Positions 1 through 9,731 of a DNA stretch of 64,000 bases are shown in pieces. Each line of letters starts with the position of its first letter. Position 1 is the first letter of the stretch. The notes beneath the pieces are model-generated. The model was not told the origin of the DNA. It saw only the letters and a program-made list of their open reading frames with translations, and did no database searches. The DNA comes from a virus. Made by a program: the position numbers and the translations under genes. Location of the stretch: IMG/VR virus record IMGVR_UViG_3300034105_003474, positions 32,001 to 96,000 of that record. One strand, 5' to 3'.

Positions 1-79
1 CCGAGATGTCTGTACGCAACTCAAATATCACATTTGAGTTTTTGTAATCTTCTATGATCCCTTGTTTTAGTAATGACAT
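1..79 (-). CDS. 5' part of hypothetical protein running off the window edge (MSLLKQGIIEDY...)
   Basis: ATG at 79 preceded by AAGGAG RBS and a leader almost identical to that of the 157..753 gene. Confidence 0.6.
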   Translation of the reverse strand, partial: MSLLKQGIIEDYKNSNVIFELRTDIS

Positions 80-128
80 TTCTTGCTCCTTGTTTAGTAG
101 GTTTAGTTTCGGGTTTCCCCTTCCCCAA

Positions 129-150
129 ATAGTAGGGGAAGGGTGTAACA
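129..150 (-). promoter_or_regulatory. Class-1 phage promoter TGTTACACCC-N6-TACTAT
   Basis: One of 12 copies with identical N6 spacing upstream of genes; others at 797, 3543, 4414, 4905, 5575(+), 7003, 7691, 9092, 10188, 11738, 12572. Confidence 0.7.
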
Positions 151-156
151 CGGTTA

Positions 157-753
157 TTAGAACGCCTGTACCAAAACTTTGGTAATTTCGTCTAGTTCGC
201 CAACGACCTTCTCATACTGTGCGTCATAGTCGTCGTCGTCGCCACTCATGCTTGGGTACTCGCACTCAATGTTATTGAGAAGTACGCCTGCCTTGATCGC
301 TGATCCACCCATGAAACCCATCCCACCTTCTTCGTAGGTGAGAATGAAGTTCAATGTTGGGAACTCCCTAGACACATTGACTATGCCCTGAATGATCGGA
401 GACCACGCAGACATGAACACAACATCTAATAGACCTGCCTCGTAGGTGTTGATTACGCCTTCGTAGTCAGACCACTTAGAACCGTAGTTCGCACAATTCC
501 AATCGTACCAATCCTTATATCCGAACTTTGCGATATTCGCTTCGTTCTGTTGTTCCATTGTCTTTTGCTTGTCGCTTTCACCGAAAGAACCTTTAGGTGT
601 GTTCTGTAGTTCTTCGGGTGTTGGGAGAAGATTGTCAAGAATACGAAACTGTTCGTAATCTTTCATCTCACCTTTTGTGATTGCGTCATGAAAACGCATC
701 ACTTCTTTGTCGTCTCCTGTTACTTGGAGATAGTTGCTACATAGGTTTGGCAT
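157..753 (-). CDS. DUF1281/YubB (Api92-like) ferredoxin-like domain protein
   Basis: MPNxCxNxL start, WYDWNCANYGSKW, FMSAWSP and YEEGGMGFMG motifs; strong RBS. Confidence 0.75.
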   Translation of the reverse strand: MPNLCSNYLQVTGDDKEVMRFHDAITKGEMKDYEQFRILDNLLPTPEELQNTPKGSFGESDKQKTMEQQNEANIAKFGYKDWYDWNCANYGSKWSDYEGVINTYEAGLLDVVFMSAWSPIIQGIVNVSREFPTLNFILTYEEGGMGFMGGSAIKAGVLLNNIECEYPSMSGDDDDYDAQYEKVVGELDEITKVLVQAF

Positions 754-796
754 TTCTTTGCTCCTTGATTTAGTAGGTTTAGTTGCTTGCCCAATC

Positions 797-818
797 AGTA
801 TGCCTCATGGGTGTAACA
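797..818 (-). promoter_or_regulatory. Class-1 phage promoter TGTTACACCC-N6-CATACT
   Basis: Motif copy about 45 nt upstream of the 753 ATG. Confidence 0.7.
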
Positions 819-951
819 CGGTTATTTTTTAGTAGGTGTATTTGTTTTGTTATTCATAAATATATCGGATCAGAAACCATTTGTCAAGTCTTTCGTAAAA
901 CTTATCCGTATAAATCTAAACGATCTTGCTTTGAGGTTGGGTGAGCATCTG

Positions 952-1076
952 TATCCGCCACCGTTCAGGTTGGTAACAAACAAATGATGCTAAATAACAA
1001 CCGTTGCAAACTAGACAGCCCCGCATCTAACCCTGCACCCGCAACAGTCCCGCGATACACGCGAGAGCGCGGGACT
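952..1076 (+). repeat. Composite intergenic element copy 1 (22-bp box A + AGCCCCGC + AGTCCCGC-N15-GCGGGACT)
   Basis: TATCCGCCACCGTTCAGGTTGG 952-973; octamer at 1017; inverted pair 1046-1076. Confidence 0.8.
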
Positions 1077-1117
1077 ACTGTCTGCGAACACCCGTTTGGT
1101 CTACTAATGTCGGGACT

Positions 1118-1504
1118 ATGAGAACTTCACGAACAGACAGATGGCAATACCGTTTCAATGCGCTTCAGCAATACACGAACAGGGCAGGTAGTTCACTTGT
1201 TCCTGCGACCCACATTGAAGTTTATGAGGGGAAGAATGTTGCTGTTGGTGCTTGGGTTGCGTACAACCGTCAGCAGTACAGAATGGGTACATTGCCTGAC
1301 GCACGCAAGCAAGCGTTAGAGACTCTCGCAGGTTGGCATTGGGAGAAACAGAAACCTGGCAGACGCTATGACATTCGCCGTGACGCAGACATTCTTTCAC
1401 GCCACGCAGGTGGAGAGCGAGTAGGTTTGCTCGCAGAACAATTCAATCTCTCTCGTCAACGAGTTCATCAGATCATCAAGAAGAAGTCAATCCCAAATGT
1501 CTAA
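1118..1504 (+). CDS. Helicase-associated (HA) domain + C-terminal HTH DNA-binding protein
   Basis: W..RFNALQQY...VP...VGAWVAYNRQQYR.G.L...RKQALE..GWHW (HA domain); LAEQFNLSRQRVHQII (HTH). Confidence 0.75.
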   Translation: MRTSRTDRWQYRFNALQQYTNRAGSSLVPATHIEVYEGKNVAVGAWVAYNRQQYRMGTLPDARKQALETLAGWHWEKQKPGRRYDIRRDADILSRHAGGERVGLLAEQFNLSRQRVHQIIKKKSIPNV

Positions 1505-1853
1505 CTTTCGTAGCGGAGATAACAACGGTAGAGACGCTTGGAAGAAGATGAGCGAGTGGTCTCACAGTGTCCCTGACGACGAACTCAACGAACTATTCAT
1601 AGACCAAGATGAATGGGACGAGTGGGGAGACGCTGATCTATTGCCACCACTAACACGAGGAAAAAAGATGCAAAAGTTTATTGCAGGTTTATTCGGTCTC
1701 GCAATGATCGGAACAATTTTTTCTGTATCCACATACCAACTTGCAAAAGTGTTTGGTGTAGATAACTTCACTTTCCGAGACGCTGTTGTTGTGACTGTGT
1801 GCTTATCTTTGATTCGTTACACGGACGCAGGAGTGATGAAACAGATCCGATAA
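1497..1853 (+). CDS. Hypothetical membrane protein
   Basis: Acidic N-terminus and two hydrophobic segments; overlaps the stop of the upstream gene. Confidence 0.55.
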   Translation: MSNFRSGDNNGRDAWKKMSEWSHSVPDDELNELFIDQDEWDEWGDADLLPPLTRGKKMQKFIAGLFGLAMIGTIFSVSTYQLAKVFGVDNFTFRDAVVVTVCLSLIRYTDAGVMKQIR

Positions 1854-1985
1854 ACACAACAGGACGCACCCTTGCGAGTGCGCCCTGAGCGGAGAAACAG
1901 AAAGGTGAAAGGAGAAGTCCTTTCTATCTCTCTAGCGAACAGAATAACATATGAGTTATATGTCAATTCTGAAGCGGGTTGGGAG

Positions 1986-3482
1986 TTACCCCAACCGCTT
2001 TCCGTTTAGTTGTTGATAGGTCTGTTGCCACATTCTTGGATACCAACGCTGTGGTTTTTTACCAACCGATAGTTGCTTCAAGAGTGCAAGTCCGTCTTTC
2101 ACATTGTGTGCCATAAACACTTTGTGCTTCAAGACTTCTTTTATGCAGTCCATTGCAAGAATGTCGTGGTATCCACCGTACGCACCTGCTGTTCCAAGTC
2201 CGTGAACCTGACCGTCAGTAATCCACACGATCGGAGTTGACGAACGCTTACGCTGTTTGATTGCCCAACGAATTGCTTCGCCGTCAACACCGTTCCCACC
2301 ATTTCGTTCAGGAAGTTTGTCAACCATTTTTCCGTCTTTCGCAAGAACGAGAAGGTTTGGTTTGACATTGCTTCGGTCTGCCGAATACACCGCAACCGTG
2401 CAACCAGGACTTGCAACAGTGAGATCAAGAATGTCTTTATTGTTTAGAGACATTGAACCCGAACCGTCAATCAAGACGATACCGCCGTTGCCTTTCTTGT
2501 ATCGGTCAAACACTCGCTTCTCGGGGTCAACTAATGCGTTGCCGATTCTGCGTGGGTTACGACCAATGTTGCTTGCTGTGCGCTTGCGACCGAGACCGCC
2601 GTGTGCTTTGCGTGTAAGTGGAAGAGTACCAACAATAAGTTTTCCCCAAGTCGGTACTGCACCACTGCTTCTGCGTGAAGGTTCAGTCGGTTTTACTTTC
2701 TTTGGGTCTGCTTTCGGTTGCTGTGGTTTATCCGTTGCACCGTTGCCATTCTTGGTATCTTTCTTTGCGTTGCCTTCTTGCTTCGCTTCGTTCTCTTGCT
2801 TCGCTTCGCTTTCACCGTCTTCGTTTTCGTTTTCGTCAACAGGTGGATTTGCCAAACGGTCAATCCATTCTGCGATTCGCTCTGTGTGTGCGAACCCCAT
2901 TGGTGCGAGACCTGTGCGCTCATCTACTTCGGTTGAACCGAGAGTGCCTGTCTTGTGTGCCTTGACAAACTCCTTCTCCACTGCTTTCACAATGTCTCGG
3001 AGTGTTGTTCCCCATGCACGATTTACTCTGCGTACACCTGTGAGGAAGTCTTTGCCACCACCGCAAACCGAATAACCGACTGCTGTGTAAACCGCACTCG
3101 TCCAATCGCCTTGCTCTGCGACACGCATACCTGTAGTGAGTTCGCTTCCGTCTGCCAACAGATCAACATCAAATCCTGCTTTCTTGATAAGAAAGTTCAC
3201 ACGAACTTCCTCAACAACGATCAGTGCGTTCTCTGTTGCGATCTTGCGTTCAATCCACTTCGGGAAGTCGTCTGCGGGTGAGAACCGTGCGTGTGCCATT
3301 TCATGCGCACGAATTACACGATCAACTTGTTCGTCACCAACAGGAACAACCATGTGTTTTGTAACAACATTGGTCATTGGTTTGCCACGAACAGGTGCGC
3401 AAGTATCTACTTGCCATGCGCCCGAGTCTTTATCTTTGCGCCCCAACATTTCGGGGAGTGGTCTAATTTCTGTCTTTTGCAT
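1986..3482 (-). CDS. Metallopeptidase-like (HExxH) + vWA domain protein (CobT-like partner of MoxR ATPase)
   Basis: HEMAH motif; MIDAS DGSGSM; ITDG; lies directly downstream of an AAA ATPase. Confidence 0.8.
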   Translation of the reverse strand: MQKTEIRPLPEMLGRKDKDSGAWQVDTCAPVRGKPMTNVVTKHMVVPVGDEQVDRVIRAHEMAHARFSPADDFPKWIERKIATENALIVVEEVRVNFLIKKAGFDVDLLADGSELTTGMRVAEQGDWTSAVYTAVGYSVCGGGKDFLTGVRRVNRAWGTTLRDIVKAVEKEFVKAHKTGTLGSTEVDERTGLAPMGFAHTERIAEWIDRLANPPVDENENEDGESEAKQENEAKQEGNAKKDTKNGNGATDKPQQPKADPKKVKPTEPSRRSSGAVPTWGKLIVGTLPLTRKAHGGLGRKRTASNIGRNPRRIGNALVDPEKRVFDRYKKGNGGIVLIDGSGSMSLNNKDILDLTVASPGCTVAVYSADRSNVKPNLLVLAKDGKMVDKLPERNGGNGVDGEAIRWAIKQRKRSSTPIVWITDGQVHGLGTAGAYGGYHDILAMDCIKEVLKHKVFMAHNVKDGLALLKQLSVGKKPQRWYPRMWQQTYQQLNGKRLG

Positions 3483-3571
3483 ATTTCCAACTTTCGTTTC
3501 TAGGTTTATGTCTCTTGCTTAGGGAGACTTGCTTACACCCCCACCTTACGGCAGGGGTGTCGCAGGGTTAT

Positions 3572-4315
3572 TTAGACCGCAACCTTGTTGATTGCGATTG
3601 CGTCTAGGACGCTTTCCGCTTGCTTTCCGAACACCATTCGTGCCGAGTCTGCGTCACCAAGTGTCTTGCGTAGGTGGTCAAACGCATAGAAGGTGCGGAG
3701 TGAGATTCTGCGCTCACCTGCGTCTGCCATGCGAACCGCATACTCACGCAAGTCTGCGGACAATGCCAACAGTGCGTCAGGATGTGGTTGGTTGATACGG
3801 ATTGCTACAGGGAAACGATCTTTCAACGCTTCAGGTAGTTCTTCCATTGTCTCAATGTTGGTGGTCATAACAACACTGAACCCGTCTTTTGGTGTGATCG
3901 TCCGACCGTTGTCAGGTGATTCCCACTTTGCTGATTCAGGTGAGTCAGTGAATGCGAGGAGTGTTGCGAACACATCTGCGCCTGCTTTGTCAATCTCGTC
4001 AATTACGAGACGACCGCCACGCAAACCGTCACCCTTCCACGCTGATACTGCTTTGCCGTCTGTCCAAGACCAACCGCCTTCGCCGTTCATCTTGTAGTGA
4101 CCTTCTACTTGCGCATTGGACATGTCCTCTGTGCAGATCAAACGCCACGCACCTGCGGTAATGTCACCGTAGTTGAGACCTGCGAAAGTCTTACCTGTTC
4201 CTGGGGGACCGAATAAGATCAAACGGTCAATGCCTGCGTTGAGTGCGTTCTCAACATCTTTCCAACACTGTGGAAGATCGTTGCGCACCTTTCCTTCTAG
4301 AACTTGCTGTGTCAT
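3572..4315 (-). CDS. MoxR/CbbQ/CobS-like AAA+ ATPase
   Basis: Walker A GPPGTGKT, Walker B LVIDEID, TTN sensor, ALKDRF arginine finger. Confidence 0.85.
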   Translation of the reverse strand: MTQQVLEGKVRNDLPQCWKDVENALNAGIDRLILFGPPGTGKTFAGLNYGDITAGAWRLICTEDMSNAQVEGHYKMNGEGGWSWTDGKAVSAWKGDGLRGGRLVIDEIDKAGADVFATLLAFTDSPESAKWESPDNGRTITPKDGFSVVMTTNIETMEELPEALKDRFPVAIRINQPHPDALLALSADLREYAVRMADAGERRISLRTFYAFDHLRKTLGDADSARMVFGKQAESVLDAIAINKVAV

Positions 4316-4444
4316 TTTTCTTTCCTTCTCCGAACTCTGTTCGGTCTAATTGTTTATGTCTATTTGTATTACGCACACACTCGCTGAATGTGTGACTTCC
4401 TTGTACACCCACCACATTACATGGTGGGTGTAACACGGTTTGAG

Positions 4445-4852
4445 TTACGCCACCTGCGCTTCTGCGTTGGTGTTGCTCTCGGTCTTTGCGCCTTTGAGTT
4501 CCGTTACACGGATTTGCTCGTATGCGGTGATCGTGGTTACTGCTTGTGCGACATCTGCCTTGATTACACCAACTTCTACTGCGGACTTGAACTTCTTTCC
4601 GTCCACTGCTGATTTGGTGACAGTCTTGAACACCTTGTCGGAAACAAGATCTTTCAACATTTCAACGCTGTAGGAAGGACGCTCGCCCTTGACTACTGCC
4701 ACTTTGATTCCGTCAACCACTGCGTAGTCAACGCCTTCTTTTGCGAGTTCCAACTTGAAACTTGCTTCTGCCTGTGCGAGTTCTTGCTGTGCGATCTCTA
4801 GTGCTTCACGCTTCGCAAGTACTGCTTTTGCTGTTGAGGTTGTTAGTGCCAT
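4445..4852 (-). CDS. Hypothetical protein
   Basis: 135 aa ORF with GAAGGA RBS and class-1 promoter at 4905-4926. Confidence 0.65.
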   Translation of the reverse strand: MALTTSTAKAVLAKREALEIAQQELAQAEASFKLELAKEGVDYAVVDGIKVAVVKGERPSYSVEMLKDLVSDKVFKTVTKSAVDGKKFKSAVEVGVIKADVAQAVTTITAYEQIRVTELKGAKTESNTNAEAQVA

Positions 4853-4993
4853 TTCTATTTCCTTCTTTCGTTTAGTTGTTTAGGTTTATTTGCTTCTTGC
4901 CACCACTGTATATCAGGGGTGTAACACGGTTATTCGTACTGACTTTCTATCTATGATAGATAGTCTAGTACCTGTTTTTGGACTTGTCAAGTC

Positions 4994-5245
4994 TTATGCG
5001 AGAAACCTCGCAATCCCTGCGTCCGTAAGGTCGTCCCCGATCTGACGCTTTGCGTCTAGGTCGTTCAGGTACTCGCTGACGATCTCGCAGATGTCGTCAC
5101 ATTGGTTCTGAATCGCTTCGTGACGCTCACGCTCGTCTGCGTCCTCTAAAGGGTTCATCACGACCGCATACGACCTGAACGCCTGTGCGAACAACGCTTG
5201 CTCAATGCGTTCTAGTTGTGCTTCTGTGAATGTTGTGATCTTCAT
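4994..5245 (-). CDS. Hypothetical protein (start reassigned to MKITTF)
   Basis: AAGGAG RBS before ATG at 5245. Confidence 0.6.
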   Translation of the reverse strand: MKITTFTEAQLERIEQALFAQAFRSYAVVMNPLEDADERERHEAIQNQCDDICEIVSEYLNDLDAKRQIGDDLTDAGIARFLA

Positions 5246-5357
5246 TGCTTGCTCCTTGTTTGTTGGTGTACCTGTAATACGCACAGTGACACGGAATGTG
5301 TGACAATCTTTTTTGGACAGAGTCCAAAATAGGTTGTGGATAATTCGTTGAGGTTTA

Positions 5358-5483
5358 TATACGCCACCGTTCAAGTTGGTAGATGGTTGAAGGATCGCCG
5401 ATCCCCGTGCGCCTGCGCCCGAGAGCCCCGCGCTACAAGCATCTTCTCGGACAGCCCCGCGCCACATCTTTGGTGGCGGGACT
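5358..5483 (+). repeat. Composite intergenic element copy 2
   Basis: TATACGCCACCGTTCAAGTTGG 5358-5379; AGCCCCGC 5424; AGCCCCGC-N15-GCGGGACT 5453-5483. Confidence 0.8.
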
Positions 5484-5602
5484 ACGACGAACTTTTCATC
5501 AAACTTTATACACGCTTGCGCTTTGGTGAGGAGATGCACACTCAGTTTATTCGCTTAGGTTTATACGAGTACTTTGTAACACCCATTTATTATTCTGTAT
5601 TT

Positions 5603-5908
5603 ATGACTTACATATTTGAGGAGTGTGAGGCGCAAGTGCGACTTCACCATAACGGCGAGTGGGTGGGATATGTCTCATATGACATTGACCTCATGGAAAC
5701 CGATTACATCACTATTGGTTGGGTCAAATCATTCATTGAAGGCAAGGGATATGCACGGATACTTATGGAGTGGTTGTACAACCGATACCCCGAACACACG
5801 ATTGATTGGGGAGAATGTTTGCACCCTGCGTCATTGGCGTTAGCAGAGGACTTCTACTCTCGGTACTACGACCGTACGGCATATTTAGAACCTATGGAAA
5901 TATCTTAG
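5603..5908 (+). CDS. Small GNAT-like acetyltransferase, leaderless
   Basis: ITIGWVKS..EGKGYARILMEWL resembles GNAT motif A; ATG 6 nt after the -10 of a class-1 promoter (5575-5596). Confidence 0.55.
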   Translation: MTYIFEECEAQVRLHHNGEWVGYVSYDIDLMETDYITIGWVKSFIEGKGYARILMEWLYNRYPEHTIDWGECLHPASLALAEDFYSRYYDRTAYLEPMEIS

Positions 5909-5988
5909 AAACATCATCACACTTTATATGACTGTGTGCGTTATATGTGTGTAGGCAACAACGCCTACCAAACAGTTAGGAGACGCAG

Positions 5989-6132
5989 TTGGAAATCAAC
6001 TACGGAGCAATAAAAGAAATGACCCGTGCGTTGAAGCAAGAAATTGCACAAAATGGGATAAACGAAAACAATGCACAATGGGTTCACGAACTCAGAGTTG
6101 CGATTGAACTTCGTGAAAGCGGTGTCTACTAA
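5989..6132 (+). CDS. Small hypothetical protein (47 aa, TTG start; not in ORF track)
   Basis: AGGAG RBS, open frame to TAA at 6132, followed by a terminator. Confidence 0.45.
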   Translation: MEINYGAIKEMTRALKQEIAQNGINENNAQWVHELRVAIELRESGVY

Positions 6133-6142
6133 CACCGCCAAC

Positions 6143-6180
6143 AAGACCCCAACTCGGAAACGGGTTGGGGTTCTTTTTTG
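6143..6180 (+). terminator. Rho-independent terminator
   Basis: ACCCCAACTCG-GAAA-CGGGTTGGGGT stem followed by a T run. Confidence 0.7.
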
Positions 6181-6184
6181 CCAT

Positions 6185-6215
6185 AGCCCCGCGATCTGAT
6201 ACGCGACGCGGGACT
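6185..6215 (+). repeat. Inverted octamer pair AGCCCCGC-N15-GCGGGACT
   Basis: Direct reading; same 15-nt spacer as other copies. Confidence 0.75.
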
Positions 6216-6276
6216 GAAGCAAAAGAAAACCCGCAGAAGATGGTTGGTCTCCTGCGGGTTCTTGAAGTTTTGATTT

Positions 6277-6516
6277 TTAGTAGACCCCGAACGATATTCC
6301 GTCTGATGTCATTCCGAACAATGCGCCTGCGTCATTGCCCTCTGTGTCCTGCGAAGGGTAGAGGATTGTTCCGCTAGAGAGGACGAGAACCATAGGGATT
6401 TCCCGTTTCCGCCAACCTTCTTTGTTCATTTCTGCTTTTGTCATTGGACGGATGTCAATGATTGTTGATCCGATCATTGAGTCGTCTACGGTTTCTGCTT
6501 CGTATGTTTTACTCAT
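6277..6516 (-). CDS. Hypothetical phage protein (MSKTYE...)
   Basis: AAAGGA RBS; IIDIRPMT..E...EGW...YPSQDTEGNDAGALF pattern seen in phage proteins. Confidence 0.6.
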   Translation of the reverse strand: MSKTYEAETVDDSMIGSTIIDIRPMTKAEMNKEGWRKREIPMVLVLSSGTILYPSQDTEGNDAGALFGMTSDGISFGVY

Positions 6517-6718
6517 TGTGTGTCCTTTTTCTTTCGTTGTAGTGATGTAGTGGAGACATACCACGCTCCTCCACCACCGAGTATGTATATGTATGCCGAA
6601 CTAGAGTCTTCTTCTGCGTATCCCCAAAACTCGCAATCACTTTCATTGCGGTATTTGACGATTTCGCCGATCTGATATTGCTTCATCTATGTCCTTTCTG
6701 TGGTGAAGCGTCTCGCTG

Positions 6719-6970
6719 TTATGCGGACGCTATTACGGGTGATACGAGGTTTGCTAGTTCACGCTCTAACTCTGCACCTTCGCAGTTGTTCATGAGGTCA
6801 ATCAAATTATCTAACCATGTCGCAACTTTTGCAGGGAGTGGTGTTGTGTTGAGATAGTTGGTGTACTTGTTGAGTACGACATCTATTTCGTTTGCTAGTC
6901 CTGCTCCTTCAACATTGTTTGTGATGTCAAGGATTTCTATGACTAGGTTTAGGTAACTTTGCTTTGCCAT
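6719..6970 (-). CDS. Hypothetical protein (MAKQSY...)
   Basis: GAAAGG RBS; class-1 promoter at 7003-7024. Confidence 0.6.
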   Translation of the reverse strand: MAKQSYLNLVIEILDITNNVEGAGLANEIDVVLNKYTNYLNTTPLPAKVATWLDNLIDLMNNCEGAELERELANLVSPVIASA

Positions 6971-7164
6971 TTCTAGTGCCTTTCGTTTAGGTTTATACAA
7001 CTACTTTACTGAAGCGGTGTAGCAGGGTTATCCCTGCCACCTAAAGTTGCGACACGCCTTCTTGTCGTTCTTTTTCCGCTTGTCCGCTATGCGCTGTGCC
7101 TTCAGGATGTTCCTATCTGCGAACGCCTGACGCTCCTCGGGTGTCCATGATGTATCTATTTTCA

Positions 7165-7647
7165 TTATGCTCGTCTCCTGTTCTTTGTCCACTCGTGACA
7201 ACTATGTTTTGCTTGCTCATCTACTTGCTCTTGTGACATTCCTGCTGTAATCAACGGACGGTATCCGCATGAGTTACACGCAACGCCGAGGTACTCGGTG
7301 ACACCTTGTGCTATCTGATATGCGTGAACTGTTGTGTTGCCGTGCGTGCGCTCATTTAGATAAACCGTGATGAATACTTCGCAGTTTGCGCAACCGATGA
7401 TTTTGACATCTTTGCCGTCTGTCGGTGCTTGCTTTGTAAAGAAGTCAAACTTGAAGTGTTTGCAGGTTTCGCACTTGTCGTCAAGTTTGCGAACCTTTGC
7501 TACTTCTACTGCACCTTCGGTAACGACCTTCCAATGTGTTGGGAGGATGCCTTTCTTTTGTGCTTGCTCAATGAGGTGGTTGCGAACCGCCCATTGTGCA
7601 TAGGGCTTGGCGACTTTTGTTGCCTTTGCCTTTTTGACCTTTGCCAT
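7165..7647 (-). CDS. Zn-finger-like hypothetical protein
   Basis: Three CxxC pairs; AAGGAG RBS; class-1 promoter at 7691-7712. Confidence 0.6.
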   Translation of the reverse strand: MAKVKKAKATKVAKPYAQWAVRNHLIEQAQKKGILPTHWKVVTEGAVEVAKVRKLDDKCETCKHFKFDFFTKQAPTDGKDVKIIGCANCEVFITVYLNERTHGNTTVHAYQIAQGVTEYLGVACNSCGYRPLITAGMSQEQVDEQAKHSCHEWTKNRRRA

Positions 7648-7853
7648 TTCTAGTATCTCCTTGTTTAGGTTTATCTAACTCGCTACTTACACTATATACG
7701 CACGGTGTCATATAGTTGTGACATTTATAGACGCTAATAATAAATATACTTCTAATATATCAGGGGGCATAATATCCCCACCTTTATCCACAGCCTGTGG
7801 ATAACTAGATCGGGCAACACCATTTAGCACTAAGTCAAACAATCAGCAGGCTA

Positions 7854-7978
7854 TATACGCCACCGTTCAAGTTGGGTGATGTCTTGATGTCTTGATTGCG
7901 GGGATCGCCAAACCCCACAGCCCCGCGCCCGCGCATCGCGTCGCGGGACTCACAAGTCTCAGATTGTTCGTCGGGACT
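7854..7978 (+). repeat. Composite intergenic element copy 3
   Basis: Box A 7854-7875; AGCCCCGC-N16-GCGGGACT 7919-7950; extra TCGGGACT at 7971. Confidence 0.75.
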
Positions 7979-8266
7979 GTCGCCGTCGCATCCGCCGTTT
8001 GTTGGGATAGTGTTGGGATATGGCTCATCCCTTCAGTCGCAAACACTCCACTAACTTGCAGATCAGCAATGTCATTGACGCACTCGCGCAAACTGAGCCC
8101 GAACTATTTGGCGAGGGCAACGCCGTGCTAATGCCCGTCACACACTCCACAAGGCTCACGCTTGCAGACGATCTGCGTTCACACTATGAGCCACTCACCT
8201 ACCCTCATACGCACAAATAGCCCGCCTACCGAACGGCAGACGGGCTACTGAACGCCTAAGAGTGAT

Positions 8267-8515
8267 CTAGGACTGCACCCAACCCCTTGGGGTATTCATC
8301 GCGTAAAGGTGCGGTATGACGCTCACGATGAGATCAGTGAACGCTTGCGCCACCTCATCGCGCGAGGACGATATACCTTGAATGAAGTCATCGTCAATAC
8401 GCCCATGAATGAGATCATCCACGATCGCACCGATAACACCGATACCTATTGCACCTATGCCGAGATAATTCTCCGCAAGTAATTCACGCACTGATAATTC
8501 CATAATTTTCTCCAT
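8267..8515 (-). CDS. Hypothetical protein
   Basis: 82 aa ORF followed by a hairpin at about 8218-8248. Confidence 0.5.
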   Translation of the reverse strand: MEKIMELSVRELLAENYLGIGAIGIGVIGAIVDDLIHGRIDDDFIQGISSSRDEVAQAFTDLIVSVIPHLYAMNTPRGWVQS

Positions 8516-8605
8516 TGTCTAGTTGCTTGGTAATCGGCTTGCGCCTTGTGCCTAGTTGGAATTGAATCCCACGCCGAACGCGCTAGGCGACTCACCTAGT
8601 GAGTG

Positions 8606-9058
8606 TTATGCACCGTGTGTGCCGTCACCGCCCATCGCGATAAGTGTTGCACGATTCCACGCCTCACGCACCGCATCGTTCGCAATGAGTGCCGTGTTGG
8701 TGGTGAGTAGTTCAATGACTTGCGCCTCAAACTGATCTAACGCCTTCGCGCTGTATCGTGCGATCGGTTGCGATGCAACCATGCCGTGTGGGTAGTTCAC
8801 CGTGTCAAAGATCGTGAACTGCACCGACTCATAACCACGCGAACGATCGTAATGCGCGAACTGAATGAACGCTGTGAATCGCTTGCGATCTGCATCGTGC
8901 GAGATACCGAGTGACACCATCCCACCGACTAGTTCGCCTTCAAACTGAATTGACTGCGAAGGACTGTACCAACGGTAAGAGATCTCGCGATCCTTCACCT
9001 TGCGTATTGCTTGTGCGAAGTTCGCACCTTGAGTCATAACTGACATATCTAACTCCAT
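8606..9058 (-). CDS. Hypothetical protein (start MELDMS or the nearby MSVM)
   Basis: Class-1 promoter at 9092-9113 upstream. Confidence 0.6.
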   Translation of the reverse strand: MELDMSVMTQGANFAQAIRKVKDREISYRWYSPSQSIQFEGELVGGMVSLGISHDADRKRFTAFIQFAHYDRSRGYESVQFTIFDTVNYPHGMVASQPIARYSAKALDQFEAQVIELLTTNTALIANDAVREAWNRATLIAMGGDGTHGA

Positions 9059-9191
9059 TCCTAGTAGATAAGCGATATTGCTTATACACACACAATACGC
9101 AAGGGGTGTTGCATAGTGTGACATCGCCCGATCAGGCAGATCAGCCACACCGAGATCAGGATTCACGATCTGCGATCCGACTCACGATCTA

Positions 9192-9327
9192 TATCCGCTA
9201 CCGTTCAAGTTGGGGACTCAGATCCGCGATCCGCCCGTGCGACGCGCCCGCCCGCGCACGGCGACGGAGCCCCGCAAGTATTTGTTTACCCGCATCAGTC
9301 CCGCGTGCATCGTCGCACGGCGGGACT
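9192..9327 (+). repeat. Composite intergenic element copy 4
   Basis: TATCCGCTACCGTTCAAGTTGG 9192-9213; AGCCCCGC 9268; AGTCCCGC-N15-GCGGGACT 9297-9327. Confidence 0.8.
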
Positions 9328-9390
9328 CGCAAGTCGTTGGCGACAAACAGTTGCGTTTGAAACGGTTGCGACACTCGGACTTAGAAACAG

Positions 9391-9429
9391 CAAAAGCCCC
9401 CACCCGACAGAAAGGTGAGGGCTCGTGCC
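9391..9429 (-). terminator. Terminator hairpin, duplicated at about 9686-9721
   Basis: AAAAGCCCCCACCCGA...GGTGAGGG(G)CTCGTGCC occurs after both the 9440 and 9732 gene ends. Confidence 0.6.
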
Positions 9430-9439
9430 GAACCGAAGT

Positions 9440-9580
9440 TTACTTACTTGCCTCCAAGAGTGCTTGGAAGTTTGCGAACTCCTGCTCGCATGACAAACAA
9501 TGCCACACGGTGGTTGGGTTGGAGTCCGATGCAACTGCGCTATCTGTGTGCTTGTGTCCTTCAATGCACGGATCGTACAT
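9440..9580 (-). CDS. Small Cys/His protein (MYDPCIEGH...)
   Basis: GAAAGG RBS; C..H...CxxC pattern. Confidence 0.45.
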   Translation of the reverse strand: MYDPCIEGHKHTDSAVASDSNPTTVWHCLSCEQEFANFQALLEASK

Positions 9581-9731
9581 ATGCCTAGCCTTTCGTTTAG
9601 AGGGGCTGTATCGCCCCTGTGTACTCATTACGCACGCACCATCGCTGATTGTGCCTGAGACGCACCACAAGCCCCCCTAGGAACGCAAAAAGCCCCCACC
9701 CGAAGGGTGAGGGCTCGTGCCTGTGAAGGAA

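Noticed and set aside
2257-3075. 272 aa + strand ORF
   Set aside because: Antisense shadow of the vWA gene.
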